In this document: positions 25,021 to 34,222 of the stretch, in pieces
Layout: the number at the start of each line of letters is the position of its first letter
Numbering within the stretch: position 1 is the stretch's first letter
Virus record (IMG/VR): IMGVR_UViG_3300007541_000084
Location: 1-34,490 of that record
Length of the DNA: 34,490 bases
Strand: one strand, 5' to 3'
Origin: a virus
Taxonomy: Duplodnaviria > Caudoviricetes
Program-made: the position numbers and the translations under genes
The notes under the pieces: model-generated
The model's input: the letters and a program-made list of their open reading frames with translations, nothing else
Database searches by the model: none
What the model was told of the DNA's origin: nothing

Positions 25021-25028
25021 ATCCTGTC

Positions 25029-26060
25029 CTATTTCTGTTCCAATCCGGCCTGCAATTTCATGGCCGCCTGAAGGGCGAGCTGCCGCTTGTTGGCTTCGCG
25101 GGTGTAGACCGCCGACTGTGAGTTCGTGCGCCACCCGAAGAGCGCTTGCAGCTCATGCTCGGAGCCCGAGCTGTTCGCCAGCACGGTGGCCGCCAGCTTC
25201 CGCAGGCCGTGCGAACTCTTCCTCACCCCGGCGGCGTCGCAGGCTTCCCTGAACCAGTTCCCGAAGCCCTCCTTCACCATCGGCTTGCCGTACTCGGTGA
25301 CGATGAAGCTGAGATCTCCGGTCGGCCCGGCGGCGATGGCTTCCTGCAAGGCAGGAGCGATGGGGATGTAGAGGGTGACGCCGGTCTTCTCGGCCTTGAT
25401 GGTGGCCACGCCGTCCTTGACGTGCTGCCGCCCGAGGCGAACCACGTCACCCCGGCGGAGGCCGGTGTTCAGGAGGATCTCCAGCGCAAGGCGCTCGCGG
25501 GTGCCCAGCGGCCAGCGCTCGCGGTAGAGCGCGACCTCTTCAAGGGTCCACGGCGGGAAGCCGTCGGTCTTCACCCGGATCTGCTTCACGTCGCGCGCCG
25601 GGTCCACGGCCACGAGGTCGTTCTCCTTGGCCCAGCGGAAGAGCGCGCGCATCACCTTCACGAAAAAGTTGGCGGCCCCCGGCGTGTCCTTCCGCCGGTC
25701 GCGGCCCTCGCGGATCTTGGCCTCAGTGATCAGCTTGTAGTCGATGTCGCCTGCATCCTTGATCACGCGGGCCAGCACGAGATCGCGCTGCTTCCGCGTC
25801 GATGGCGCGGTCTGCCCCCAGTCGGAGGACTGCTTCCACATATCGACCAACCAGCGCAGGGTGCCCTGCTCCCCGGTCTTCTGCTTCGGCTTCTGCCCGA
25901 GCGCGCCCGACATGACGGCATAGTAGTTGGCCTCGAACTCCTCAGAGCCATAGGCACCATAGACGCGGATCTTGGGCCCATTGCCCTTGCGAACGTACCA
26001 GCGCACCGTCCCTGACCGGGACGGGAACGGGTAGCAGTGGGGGTATCGAGCCTTCGGCAT
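25029..26060 (-). CDS. int: Tyrosine integrase
   Basis: Catalytic R (TGLRRGD), K (EKTG), HxxR (HGLRK), W (FGW) and Y (VYTR). The sequence resembles the alphaproteobacterial prophage integrase type. RBS GGAGG. Confidence 0.95.
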   Translation of the reverse strand: MPKARYPHCYPFPSRSGTVRWYVRKGNGPKIRVYGAYGSEEFEANYYAVMSGALGQKPKQKTGEQGTLRWLVDMWKQSSDWGQTAPSTRKQRDLVLARVIKDAGDIDYKLITEAKIREGRDRRKDTPGAANFFVKVMRALFRWAKENDLVAVDPARDVKQIRVKTDGFPPWTLEEVALYRERWPLGTRERLALEILLNTGLRRGDVVRLGRQHVKDGVATIKAEKTGVTLYIPIAPALQEAIAAGPTGDLSFIVTEYGKPMVKEGFGNWFREACDAAGVRKSSHGLRKLAATVLANSSGSEHELQALFGWRTNSQSAVYTREANKRQLALQAAMKLQAGLEQK

Positions 26061-26069
26061 GACCTCCCC

Positions 26070-26246
26070 TTACAGCTTGAAATCCACCATTGGATCAACC
26101 CGTCTCGCAGGCTGGGTTCCTGAGACCGGCCTGAGCAGAATGTTCCCATCTTGGGAAAGCTCCACCTCCACCGCCACGTCTTCCTGCTTCACGGCACGGA
26201 GGACGCGCGCGATCTCGGCCTGTGTGAAGCGCGCCTTCTTAGTCAT
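26070..26246 (-). CDS. Small integrase-associated protein, probable excisionase/RDF (58 aa, MTKKARFTQAEIARVLRAVKQ...)
   Basis: Not in the ORF track. RBS GAGGA, directly upstream of int. The RFTQA.I.R motif is typical of this position. Confidence 0.72.
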   Translation of the reverse strand: MTKKARFTQAEIARVLRAVKQEDVAVEVELSQDGNILLRPVSGTQPARRVDPMVDFKL

Positions 26247-26274
26247 GGGTCTTCCTCATGTGTTTCGCCGTTTC

Positions 26275-26940
26275 CTACGGCATCAGCTTGCGGACCTCGG
26301 AGGCCAGCCGTTCAAGCTTGCCCAGCCTGTCGTTGATCTGGTTGAGCGCGGAGACGGACGGCAGCGCGCTCATACATTCGTCGATCTTCTGCCGGTGTTC
26401 GCGCGCCTCAAGCAGCATCCCACGGGCATCGGTGAGCAGCTTCTGCACCTCGGCGACGAAGACAGTGGTGTCCGCATTGCCCGCGTTGTCGCCGAACATC
26501 TCGACGCGCAGCGTCTCAACCCACTTGCGCGGCACACCGAGGTCGGTCGAGACGCGCTGGTCCGACCAGCCACTGTCATAGCCGCGCTTCTCATCGAGAT
26601 AGACCTCGTTGAGCTTCTCGAAAATAATACGCCGGTCGTCACGCCCCATTTCGCGGGGCGGCATCACCGGGGTGGGCTCAATCGACGAGACGATCTTCAA
26701 GGCAGGCAACTCCTTCTGCTTGGGTTTGTTGGCACAGCCGGGGCATGTGTCGCGGTTCTCCACCGTTCCCACGATCCACCCCAACTGACGGAATTTCTTT
26801 TCGACGACTTCCGGCGGGAGGCCGTTGTGCTTGCTCACGCTGATCGCATGCGAGACGCCGCAGCGGCATGTCAGCCGGATCGCGCTCTTCAATTGACCTT
26901 CCATGCGCTCGCTCGTTACGCGGTATTTCCTCACTCCCAT
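26275..26940 (-). CDS. Hypothetical protein with Zn-ribbon (CxC...CPGC), HTH-like middle and coiled-coil tail
   Basis: TAATG coupling at 26940. Motifs CRCG, CPGC and WSDQRVSTDLGVPRKWV..R..FG. Confidence 0.78.
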   Translation of the reverse strand: MGVRKYRVTSERMEGQLKSAIRLTCRCGVSHAISVSKHNGLPPEVVEKKFRQLGWIVGTVENRDTCPGCANKPKQKELPALKIVSSIEPTPVMPPREMGRDDRRIIFEKLNEVYLDEKRGYDSGWSDQRVSTDLGVPRKWVETLRVEMFGDNAGNADTTVFVAEVQKLLTDARGMLLEAREHRQKIDECMSALPSVSALNQINDRLGKLERLASEVRKLMP

Positions 26941-27212
26941 TAGCTCTTCCCTTTCTTCACGGTCAGCTCCAAGCCCAGCACGTTCAGGCAAGCTGCGAGG
27001 TTGTGGACGTGAGGGATGATCTCAGCCAGCGCCGCCCGCAGCCGCTCGTTCTCTGCCGCCATCGCCGCAGCCTCCGCGCAGTATTGCGTCAGGCCCTGAT
27101 CCCGGGCGCAGCCGCCAGCTTTGAGGCGGGCGATTTCAGCGGCAGCATCACGCTTGCCGTCCTTATAACCCCGCCCATAGGCAGTGCTGTCGAAGCTGCG
27201 ATCCATGGTCAT
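26940..27212 (-). CDS. Hypothetical protein (coiled coil)
   Basis: Coupled to both neighbours. Motifs YGRGYKDG and ENERLRAAL. Confidence 0.7.
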   Translation of the reverse strand: MTMDRSFDSTAYGRGYKDGKRDAAAEIARLKAGGCARDQGLTQYCAEAAAMAAENERLRAALAEIIPHVHNLAACLNVLGLELTVKKGKS

Positions 27213-27361
27213 GCGGCCCCCTTCTCCCGGCGCGCGATCACGCGCTCCATATATGCGATGACCTCTTCGAGATCCCGGCCCGCTGTCTGATGCGCGCGCA
27301 GCATGTCGCGAAACATCACGATGATGTCCGTCTTGTCCGCTTCCGTCGTCCGCCTGATCAC
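27209..27361 (-). CDS. Hypothetical protein (50 aa)
   Basis: GTG start overlaps the upstream TGA, and its stop overlaps the next ATG. Confidence 0.6.
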   Translation of the reverse strand: MIRRTTEADKTDIIVMFRDMLRAHQTAGRDLEEVIAYMERVIARREKGAA

Positions 27362-27627
27362 CTGAGCCTCCCGTTCAGCCGGTCCACGATGAGCTGCGAA
27401 TATCCGGCGATGTCCTTCCAACTGTCCTCGTGCGATGCATCGCCATTAATCAGGCGACCGATCTTCACGATGATCATCTCCAGTGCATAGAGCTGATCTG
27501 GGTCCAGCACCTTGTTCCGCTTCTCAAGCTCGGCGTAGATCACCTCGCGGATCGCGAACGTCGTGCGCGCCAGATCAGCGAAGACGCCGTAGGTGTTGTG
27601 CCTCTCGTTCAGGGTCTCTTCGATCAT
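27358..27627 (-). CDS. DUF6378-like protein
   Basis: Motifs L.ER...YG.F, MI..KIGR..NGD..H.DSW.DIAGY. Confidence 0.85.
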   Translation of the reverse strand: MIEETLNERHNTYGVFADLARTTFAIREVIYAELEKRNKVLDPDQLYALEMIIVKIGRLINGDASHEDSWKDIAGYSQLIVDRLNGRLR

Positions 27628-27917
27628 CACGCATCTTCCTTCTGCATTGCTTCGTCGATGGCGTCCGTGAGCATCGCGCGAGCCATCACTGCTGGCGAAG
27701 TGAACGACTTCGCGGCCTGCCTGATCAGCCAGTTGTGATGCTCTTCCGTCAACATCTCGACGCGATTGTCCCACGCCAGATGCCGCCGGATCGTTTGTGT
27801 GACGTTCGCCTTCGTGCAGCCGGTGATCTGGGCGATCTCCGTCTTCGTGAGGTTCTGCTTCCACAGCCGGATGATCTCCGGGGTCTTGCTGCCGGGGCGA
27901 AAATAGTAGTCCCGCAT
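27627..27917 (-). CDS. HTH DNA-binding protein (96 aa)
   Basis: HTH LTKTEIAQITGCTKANVTQTIRR. TAATG coupling to the helicase. It is the real part of track ORF 27627..28904. Confidence 0.75.
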   Translation of the reverse strand: MRDYYFRPGSKTPEIIRLWKQNLTKTEIAQITGCTKANVTQTIRRHLAWDNRVEMLTEEHHNWLIRQAAKSFTSPAVMARAMLTDAIDEAMQKEDA

Positions 27918-29287
27918 TACTGCCTCTTCATTGCTTGCATGATCAGGTCGACCACATCGCGCTTGCCCTCGACGCGCTGGAGAACCAGCTCGTCCACGGT
28001 GTCCTTGGCGATGAGGTTGTGGATGAACACCGGACGGTCGTGCCCGGCTTGGGCCTGACGCGCAGGCCCAATGCGCTCGATGATCTGGAGCCTCTCTTCG
28101 AGGTTCCAGTTCAGTGAGAAGAAGACGAGGATGTTGCCCCCGTCCTGAAGATTGAGGCCGTGCCCGGCGCTGGCCGGGTGGGCGAAGAGCAGCGGGATCT
28201 CGCCAGCGTTCCACTTGCGGATCGTCGCGGGATCGGCGTCGAGAACGCGGCCCTTCGGGAATGCTTTCTGCAAGCGGGCGAGATCGCTCTTGAAATGATA
28301 CGCCACGAGGACCGGCGCGCCGTTCGCCTCCTCGATGATGCTGTCGAGCGCCTCGATCTTGGCGCGGTGGACTTCCTCCCACGCCCCGGTCTCGTCGGTA
28401 TAGACCGCACCGTTGGCGATCTGGAGGCACTTCATGGTCTTCGCGGCAGCGGAGAAGGCGGCGAGGTTCGTCTCGCTCGCCAGCTCGGTGAACATCTGCC
28501 GCTCCATCTCGCGGTAGACCCTGCGCGCAGCGGTGGGCAGCTCCACGGAGATGTTGTTGACGACCGGCTCCCTGATGTCGATGTGGTCCTTGAGGTCGAT
28601 GGAGAGCGAGATGTCCTTGATCTTCGCCTCGATCTCGCGCTGCGCGTGGGGCAGCGGGCGGATCATGGTGAAGCCTTGCGTCGTTGCAATGGTCTGGAAC
28701 CAGCGGTCGGTGAAAGCGGCGAAGCTGGCTCCGAGGCGCTCGCCCCTGTCGATGAACCAGCTCAGAGACCAGAGATCCTGAACGCCGTTCGCGGCAGGCG
28801 TTCCGGTGAGGCCGACATAGCGCGGCGTTGAGTGGGCGTAGTAGGCCAGCGCGGCGGCGCGCTTCGTGCCCTGCCGGAGGCGAAAGCCCTTCAATCTCGT
28901 ACATTCATCGGCGACGATCATCTTGAAGGGCCAGCGCTTGCCGCAGGCTTCCTTCAGCCAGACGAGGTTGTCGTAGTTGATGCAGATGATATCGGCGTCG
29001 GTGTCGAGCGCCTTCCATCGCTGTTGGATGCTGCCGGTGATCACGCTCACGGTGAGGTGCCGGAGGTGCGCCCACTTCTGGATCTCATCCGGCCACGTTG
29101 CGCGGGCGACGCGGAGTGGAGCGACGACGAGGACCGGGAAGATCTCCTCCGTCTCGGCAAGATGGGTTATTGCGGTCAGGATCGAGACCGTTTTGCCTGC
29201 CCCCATCGGCACGAACAGGTTCGTGCGCTTGTTGGCGATGATATGGTCAACGATTTCCTGCTGGTAGGGACGGAGTTGGAGGGTCAT
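27917..29287 (-). CDS. SNF2-family helicase
   Basis: Motifs LRPYQ, MGAGKT, DEC, LTGTP, SAGHGLNLQ and ERI...RQ. Confidence 0.95.
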   Translation of the reverse strand: MTLQLRPYQQEIVDHIIANKRTNLFVPMGAGKTVSILTAITHLAETEEIFPVLVVAPLRVARATWPDEIQKWAHLRHLTVSVITGSIQQRWKALDTDADIICINYDNLVWLKEACGKRWPFKMIVADECTRLKGFRLRQGTKRAAALAYYAHSTPRYVGLTGTPAANGVQDLWSLSWFIDRGERLGASFAAFTDRWFQTIATTQGFTMIRPLPHAQREIEAKIKDISLSIDLKDHIDIREPVVNNISVELPTAARRVYREMERQMFTELASETNLAAFSAAAKTMKCLQIANGAVYTDETGAWEEVHRAKIEALDSIIEEANGAPVLVAYHFKSDLARLQKAFPKGRVLDADPATIRKWNAGEIPLLFAHPASAGHGLNLQDGGNILVFFSLNWNLEERLQIIERIGPARQAQAGHDRPVFIHNLIAKDTVDELVLQRVEGKRDVVDLIMQAMKRQ

Positions 29288-29712
29288 TCCTCGCCTTCCT
29301 TCACCACATCCACCCATGCCTCTTCGAACATCTGCCGCGCGGCTTCGAACTCAGCTTCCGGCATCGAGGTGGTGCCGTCGCCGTGGACGACGGAATTGAT
29401 CCCCGATTGGATCAGGGTGCGGGCGCAGGCGGCGCAGGGCGCGTGGGTGACGTACACTGTGCAGCCCGCTGTGCGGATACCCTCTCGCGCGGCAAAGGCG
29501 ATGAGGTTGGCCTCCGCGTGGCTGGCGAAGAGATACTTGGCCGGGCGCTCAAGGCGCTCGGGCTTGTCATACACGTTGCGCGGAGGGCCGTTGTAAGCGG
29601 TGAGGCGCACCTCACCATCCGGGCCTACAAGGACGGCACCAACCTTCGTCGGATCTTTGCTCTTCAGCGCGGCGTGTCGCGCGAAGCCCATGTAATAGGT
29701 TTCCCAGTTCAT
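29284..29712 (-). CDS. dCMP deaminase family protein
   Basis: SKDP.KVGAV, YNG, HAE.N and PCxxC zinc motifs. Confidence 0.92.
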   Translation of the reverse strand: MNWETYYMGFARHAALKSKDPTKVGAVLVGPDGEVRLTAYNGPPRNVYDKPERLERPAKYLFASHAEANLIAFAAREGIRTAGCTVYVTHAPCAACARTLIQSGINSVVHGDGTTSMPEAEFEAARQMFEEAWVDVVKEGEE

Positions 29713-29990
29713 GCGATCACCTCTTCGATCTGCTCGATGGAATTGACGACGACGACGCGCACGCCGTAGCGGGCGAGGATCTCATGCTCCAGCGCCTGAA
29801 GCCGGGAGACCTTGCCCTTGGGGGCCTTCAGCTCGACGAAGATCAGGGGCCGCGCTTTGCGCCGCTTCTTGGGCAGAAGCACAAGCCGGTCGGGTGCGCC
29901 CCGGCGGCCCTGCCAGACCACCTTCCGCACCTCGCCTCCGACTTCCTTGACGCGCTTGATGAGCGCGCGCTCGATGTCACGCTCCTTCAT
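29709..29990 (-). CDS. VRR-NUC domain nuclease
   Basis: Motifs ERDIE, GAPDRL, FVELKAP and LQ. ATG 29990. Confidence 0.9.
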   Translation of the reverse strand: MKERDIERALIKRVKEVGGEVRKVVWQGRRGAPDRLVLLPKKRRKARPLIFVELKAPKGKVSRLQALEHEILARYGVRVVVVNSIEQIEEVIA

Positions 29991-30094
29991 TGGGGGAGGT
30001 ATCCTGTCAACAGAAGAGCGACCGCACCGGCAAGGCCCGCCGTAAACAACCACGCGCCAAAGATCAGCGTGTCCCAGATCTGATCAAAGTCCAT
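29987..30094 (-). CDS. 35-aa single-TM membrane peptide (MDFDQIWDTLIFGAWLFTAGLAGAVALLLTGYLPQ)
   Basis: Not in the ORF track. It fills the pol to VRR-NUC gap, has an ATGA overlap and has AAGGA upstream. Confidence 0.65.
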   Translation of the reverse strand: MDFDQIWDTLIFGAWLFTAGLAGAVALLLTGYLPQ

Positions 30095-30095
30095 C

Positions 30096-32147
30096 TCAGT
30101 CTTCCTTCTTGTAGCGGTCGGTCTCAAAGCCCGCCGCTGCGAGCGGCAGGCCGGGGGCCCAGCGCGGTGGCGTCGACATGATCCGGGCGAGGGTGTCGGC
30201 AGAGTAGGCGTCGGTGTCGGGCACCTCGGCGATCAGCTCGTCGTGAACGGAAAGCACGATGCGGTAGCCCGCAGCTTCGGCGGCCAGCATGCCGTGGGCC
30301 AGCACGTCACGGGCCACGGCCTGTGTCGCGTTCTCCGCGAGCTTGCCGGAGTAGGTTCCGATGCGCTCCCACTTGCGCGTGAACTGGTTGGTGCCCGCGT
30401 AGGACAGGCCGTCGTCGGCGCGTGCTGCCGGGTAGCAGAGGACGCGGCAAGACGGCAGCTTCATCAAGGTCCAATGGCCCCGGCGTGTGAAGCTGATGAG
30501 GCTGTTGACATCGGCGTACTCACCCTCGTTCTGGATCGCGGCGATCATGGCGGACTGGAGATCGCCCCAGAGCCGGGCGGTCGCCGGGTGGGCCTCGCGC
30601 CATGCGCGCTTGATCGCGTCGCAGACGATCCACGTCTTGTCGGCCAGCCCGAAGGTCGGGCGGCCATCCTTGACGGCGCGGAGGTAGGCGTCCTTCGCCT
30701 GACCGAGCAGCCGGTTGTTGAGGGCGGCAGCGGCCTTCCCGGCCATCGCGTCGAGGTCAATGCCGTAGGCCCCGGCGAAGGTCACGAAGGCACCGACGCC
30801 GCCCTCATAGCCCAGCGCCAGCTCCTGCACCTTGCCGATCTGGCGCTGCTCCTTCGTGACGGCTTCAGGCTTGACGCCGAAGGACCGGGCATAGGCCAGC
30901 TTGTAGAGGTCGTGCCCAGTGCCCTCGTCGAACTCGGCGAAGGCGTGAAGCTTCCAGTCCTCGCCAGCGAGCCACGCCAGCACCCGGCCTTCGATGTTGG
31001 AGAGATCGGCGACGACCAGCTTCTTGCCCTTGGGCGCGATGATCGTGCCCCGGAGCGCGGAGCTGGCCAACGCCATCACATTGCTCACCGGGTGGCGCGC
31101 CTTCAGCGCATCTATCCCGGCGTTGATCTCGGCGTTCTTCAACGAAGGCCGGGGGAGGTTCTGGGGCTGGAAGACGCGGCCAGCCCAGCGCCCGGTGCGC
31201 GAGGCTCCGCAGAACTGGAGCGTGCCGCGCAGGCGCGCATCCCAGTTCACGCCGAGCTTCAGCGCCTTGTACTTGGCCGTCGAGGTGGTGGCGGCCTGCG
31301 CGCGGACGGTGAGGAGCTGCCGGAGATCGGGCGGGAGCGTGTCGTCTTGCAGCATCTTCTCGACGGTCGAGCCCTTCACGTCGCCGAGCGTGATGCCGTA
31401 CTCCTTCGCGATGAACTCGATCAGGAGGTCGCGCTGTGTGGCGGCGGTGAGCGCGCCGTCGGTGATCTCGAAGGTTTCCTCGGCCAGCTCCTTCTGGCGG
31501 GTGTTCACGGCAGCAAGGGCCGCATCCACCAGCGCGAGGTCGATCAGCACACCCCGGTCGTTGATGTTCTGGTCGAGGCACCACAGGCGGCGCTCGGTCT
31601 CAGTCAGGTTCCACTTCGGGAGCTTCTTGTCGATGGCGCGCATGGCCTCGATGTCGAGGCGGGCATAGTCGAGGAAGCGCTGCCACTCCTCGGGGTGTGT
31701 CTCGGGCGTCGCGCGGCGAAGCGCCATGTTCTTGGGGCGCGGGACACAGAAGAGCTGGATCAGGCGCTTGCCGTCGCGGTCCTTGGCCTGATCGACCGGG
31801 ACGTGGAGGATCTCGCAGAGCTTGGCGAGCGCGCCGGGGAGGCCGTGGGCGAGCGCCGTGACCATGGTGTCGGTCCAACGGTCGACCGGGATATCGAGCT
31901 TCGCCGCATGGCGCAGCACCGTCCGGTCGAAATGAGAATTGTGGGCGCAGATGGTGAGCGCCTCGTCCATGAGCAGGGGGTAGACGGGTGTGTTGCGGAT
32001 GTCGCCGTTGACGGCGCACACCTCGACCGGCCCGTCGTCCACGGCCCACGCCGCGACGATGATCTCAGCGCCCTCGGCGTAGGCGTGCGTGCCCGCCGAG
32101 ATCGGCACTTCGCTGTAGGTTTCGACGTCGATGTAGAGCGTGGGCAT
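30096..32147 (-). CDS. DNA polymerase family A with 3'-5' exonuclease (APSE/SPO2-like)
   Basis: Exonuclease motifs DVET, HNSHFD, YARLD. Polymerase motifs RTGRWAG, DLSNIEGR, RQIGKVQELALGY, ENATQAVARD and VHDE. Confidence 0.95.
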   Translation of the reverse strand: MPTLYIDVETYSEVPISAGTHAYAEGAEIIVAAWAVDDGPVEVCAVNGDIRNTPVYPLLMDEALTICAHNSHFDRTVLRHAAKLDIPVDRWTDTMVTALAHGLPGALAKLCEILHVPVDQAKDRDGKRLIQLFCVPRPKNMALRRATPETHPEEWQRFLDYARLDIEAMRAIDKKLPKWNLTETERRLWCLDQNINDRGVLIDLALVDAALAAVNTRQKELAEETFEITDGALTAATQRDLLIEFIAKEYGITLGDVKGSTVEKMLQDDTLPPDLRQLLTVRAQAATTSTAKYKALKLGVNWDARLRGTLQFCGASRTGRWAGRVFQPQNLPRPSLKNAEINAGIDALKARHPVSNVMALASSALRGTIIAPKGKKLVVADLSNIEGRVLAWLAGEDWKLHAFAEFDEGTGHDLYKLAYARSFGVKPEAVTKEQRQIGKVQELALGYEGGVGAFVTFAGAYGIDLDAMAGKAAAALNNRLLGQAKDAYLRAVKDGRPTFGLADKTWIVCDAIKRAWREAHPATARLWGDLQSAMIAAIQNEGEYADVNSLISFTRRGHWTLMKLPSCRVLCYPAARADDGLSYAGTNQFTRKWERIGTYSGKLAENATQAVARDVLAHGMLAAEAAGYRIVLSVHDELIAEVPDTDAYSADTLARIMSTPPRWAPGLPLAAAGFETDRYKKED

Positions 32148-32169
32148 AGGGCGATCCGGTTTCAGATTG

Positions 32170-32211
32170 AGAAGACCGCCGCCGGGGGGAGGCACCCAAC
32201 CCCGGCGGCGG
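32170..32211 (-). terminator. Strong hairpin between SSB and polymerase genes (terminator/attenuator or processing site)
   Basis: 12-bp stem ccgccgccgggg/ccccggcggcgg at 32176-32211, followed on the minus strand by TCTTCT. Confidence 0.65.
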
Positions 32212-32233
32212 CGACTAGGCCGCGACTGGGCGG

Positions 32234-32770
32234 TTACGCGGCTTCGTCAACCGAGAGATCGGGGAAGTCGTCAGCGGACGCGGGCGCGCCGCCGGAGAAG
32301 GCATCACCATCGGCGTAGAACTGCACGCCCTTGAGCGTGGCGTTCACGCGCTTTCCGTAGGCGTTGTCCTGCGGGTAGATGTCGATGATCGCGTTGACGT
32401 AGCACCCGGCGTAGACCTTGCCGTCGCTCGCCGTGATCGGGCTGCGGTCACGGTCGACGACCGCCGGGCGCACCTTTGAGCGGGCGCTGACGAACAGGTT
32501 GCCGGGGAAACCGGCGTAGCTCGCCTTGTTGTCGCCGTCGTGCAGCGCGGTCTTGTCCTTGTTGGTCAGCTCCTTCTTCAGCGCCGTCCACTTCGCGCCC
32601 CACTTCTCGGAGCCGACCTTCTCGATGGCCTCGGCCATGATCTTCTCGGCGGGGTGGCCCTTCGGGAAGATGAAGCTCGCGGAGTAGGCTTCACCCTGTC
32701 CGTCGGAGAAGGCCTTGGCCTCGAAGAGCTGCGGGAAGGCGAGACGGACGTTCATCAGTGTCACTTTCAT
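32234..32770 (-). CDS. ssDNA-binding protein (DUF2815 / T7 gp2.5-like)
   Basis: Motifs VRLAFP.LF, LHDGD, VYAGCYVNA, L.GVQF..DGDAFSGG, with an acidic tail. Confidence 0.92.
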   Translation of the reverse strand: MKVTLMNVRLAFPQLFEAKAFSDGQGEAYSASFIFPKGHPAEKIMAEAIEKVGSEKWGAKWTALKKELTNKDKTALHDGDNKASYAGFPGNLFVSARSKVRPAVVDRDRSPITASDGKVYAGCYVNAIIDIYPQDNAYGKRVNATLKGVQFYADGDAFSGGAPASADDFPDLSVDEAA

Positions 32771-32786
32771 TTTCGTTTTCCTGTTT

Positions 32787-33941
32787 TCAGTTGGCAAAGA
32801 GATCGGCCTGCGAGATCGCGGGCCGCTTGTCGGTGATCGGTGCAACGGTGGGCTTGCCGTTGGCCTGCTTCATCGATGCCTGAAGCTCGATCCACTGATC
32901 CTTGGTCAGTTGACCGGCCTTCACGAGCTTCTCCACCCCTGCGGGGGAGATCAGGCTCTTCTCGTAAATCGCGTATTCGTTGAGGCCGAAGCTCTTGAGC
33001 TTGTCCTCGACGATGAAATCACTGTCCCACTTGCGTGTGCCCTTGCGCCCGGCGACGAGCTTCCAGCCGGGCACGTCGACACCGGCTTCGAGATCCTGCT
33101 GGCAGCGCTCGCGGATCGCGGCGCACCAGCCCTCGATCAGCTCGATCTCGCCCATGAGGCGGCCCAGCATTTCAGGGTTCAGCGTCGTCACAGGCCGCGC
33201 GTTGGACTTGGCCGTGGTGCTGTCGAGATCCTCGAAGCCCTCCACGACGGACGCGTAGACATGCTCGGCGAGTGCGGGGCACTTGGCCTTGGCGCGGCAG
33301 AAGCGGCACTGCTTCTCTCCGGGGGTCAGGTCGTCGTGCGTCGCCTCGCCCATCGCGAGGAGCTTCATCGCCCGGCCCGCGTCGCGGCGGACCAGAACCT
33401 CAAAGTCCTGCAAGACGTCGACGTTCACGAGCCACGAGCTGATGTTGTTCACGCGCGGCTGGACGATGACCATGTGGACCTGTTCGATGCGGTCCCAGAG
33501 GCCGAGCGAGTAGAGCGCGCCCAGTGCATAGAGCTGCATCTGCTCGTTGTTGACGGCCTCGACCTTGACGCCCATGCCGTACTTGAAATCCACGATGGTC
33601 AGCAGCTTGTCGTGGACGATGATGCAGTCGCTGGTGCCGAAGCTGTCGGCGTAGCCAACCGCCTGACTGAAATCGACGCGCTGCTCGATGAGGATCTCGC
33701 CGTAGCCGTCGGCAAGCCTGCGGACAGTGTCGGCGTAGGCGTTGACATGAACGAGCATCTCGGGATCGCCGCTGCGGACGTCGAGCCCTCCGAGGATCGC
33801 GGCTGCGAGGTCGTGGGCCTTGGTGCCTTCCTCCGCATAGGAGGACGTGGACGGGGGCTCGTGGCTCTCCATGAGCAGCGAGCCGCGGCAGCGCATCCAG
33901 CGATGCGCGCCGGAGGGCGAGAGGATGCTGTGGGCGGTCAT
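32787..33941 (-). CDS. Cas4-like PD-(D/E)xK nuclease (DUF2800)
   Basis: Motifs HS.LSPS.AHRW..C.GS, EGT.AH, FGTSD, DFKYG, QMQLYALG, QPR, C.FC.AK..C and GWKLV.GR. Confidence 0.92.
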   Translation of the reverse strand: MTAHSILSPSGAHRWMRCRGSLLMESHEPPSTSSYAEEGTKAHDLAAAILGGLDVRSGDPEMLVHVNAYADTVRRLADGYGEILIEQRVDFSQAVGYADSFGTSDCIIVHDKLLTIVDFKYGMGVKVEAVNNEQMQLYALGALYSLGLWDRIEQVHMVIVQPRVNNISSWLVNVDVLQDFEVLVRRDAGRAMKLLAMGEATHDDLTPGEKQCRFCRAKAKCPALAEHVYASVVEGFEDLDSTTAKSNARPVTTLNPEMLGRLMGEIELIEGWCAAIRERCQQDLEAGVDVPGWKLVAGRKGTRKWDSDFIVEDKLKSFGLNEYAIYEKSLISPAGVEKLVKAGQLTKDQWIELQASMKQANGKPTVAPITDKRPAISQADLFAN

Positions 33942-34222
33942 ATGTCTTTCCTCTTCATCAGGGCAACGGGGCGATGGTGGCAGGCGGCGCGGGAGCTGTT
34001 CGCGTAGCCGACGCGCTCCCACTCACGGCGGGTGAAGACTGCGCCCATGACGCGCGGGTCGACGTCGACCGGCGGGGGGCACTTGTCGCGGACCATGTCG
34101 ATGGTGACGATTGCACCGCTGCTGCCAAGCTCACGGGCGGTGGCGCGGGCGACGGCGAGCCAATCGCCGCGTGTCGCCTCGAAGAAAGGAAGCACAGCGT
34201 TCTCGAAGGATGCGTTTGTCAT
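33938..34222 (-). CDS. Hypothetical protein
   Basis: Coupled by ATGA overlaps. Motif PPP..DPRVMGAVF...W..VGY..S.R...H.RP. Confidence 0.75.
   Translation of the reverse strand: MTNASFENAVLPFFEATRGDWLAVARATARELGSSGAIVTIDMVRDKCPPPVDVDPRVMGAVFTRREWERVGYANSSRAACHHRPVALMKRKDI

Noticed and set aside
27918-28904. 425-aa track ORF 27627..28904 as a single gene
   Set aside because: The upstream part is an off-frame overlap with the helicase. Only the last 96 codons from ATG 27917 look real.
32787-33941. Cas4-like nuclease as a sign of a CRISPR system
   Set aside because: DUF2800 is a standard member of this phage replication block, and no repeat-spacer array or other cas gene was seen.
30243-34007. 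Long + strand ORFs opposite polymerase and DUF2800
   Set aside because: They are antisense shadows of well-supported minus-strand genes.
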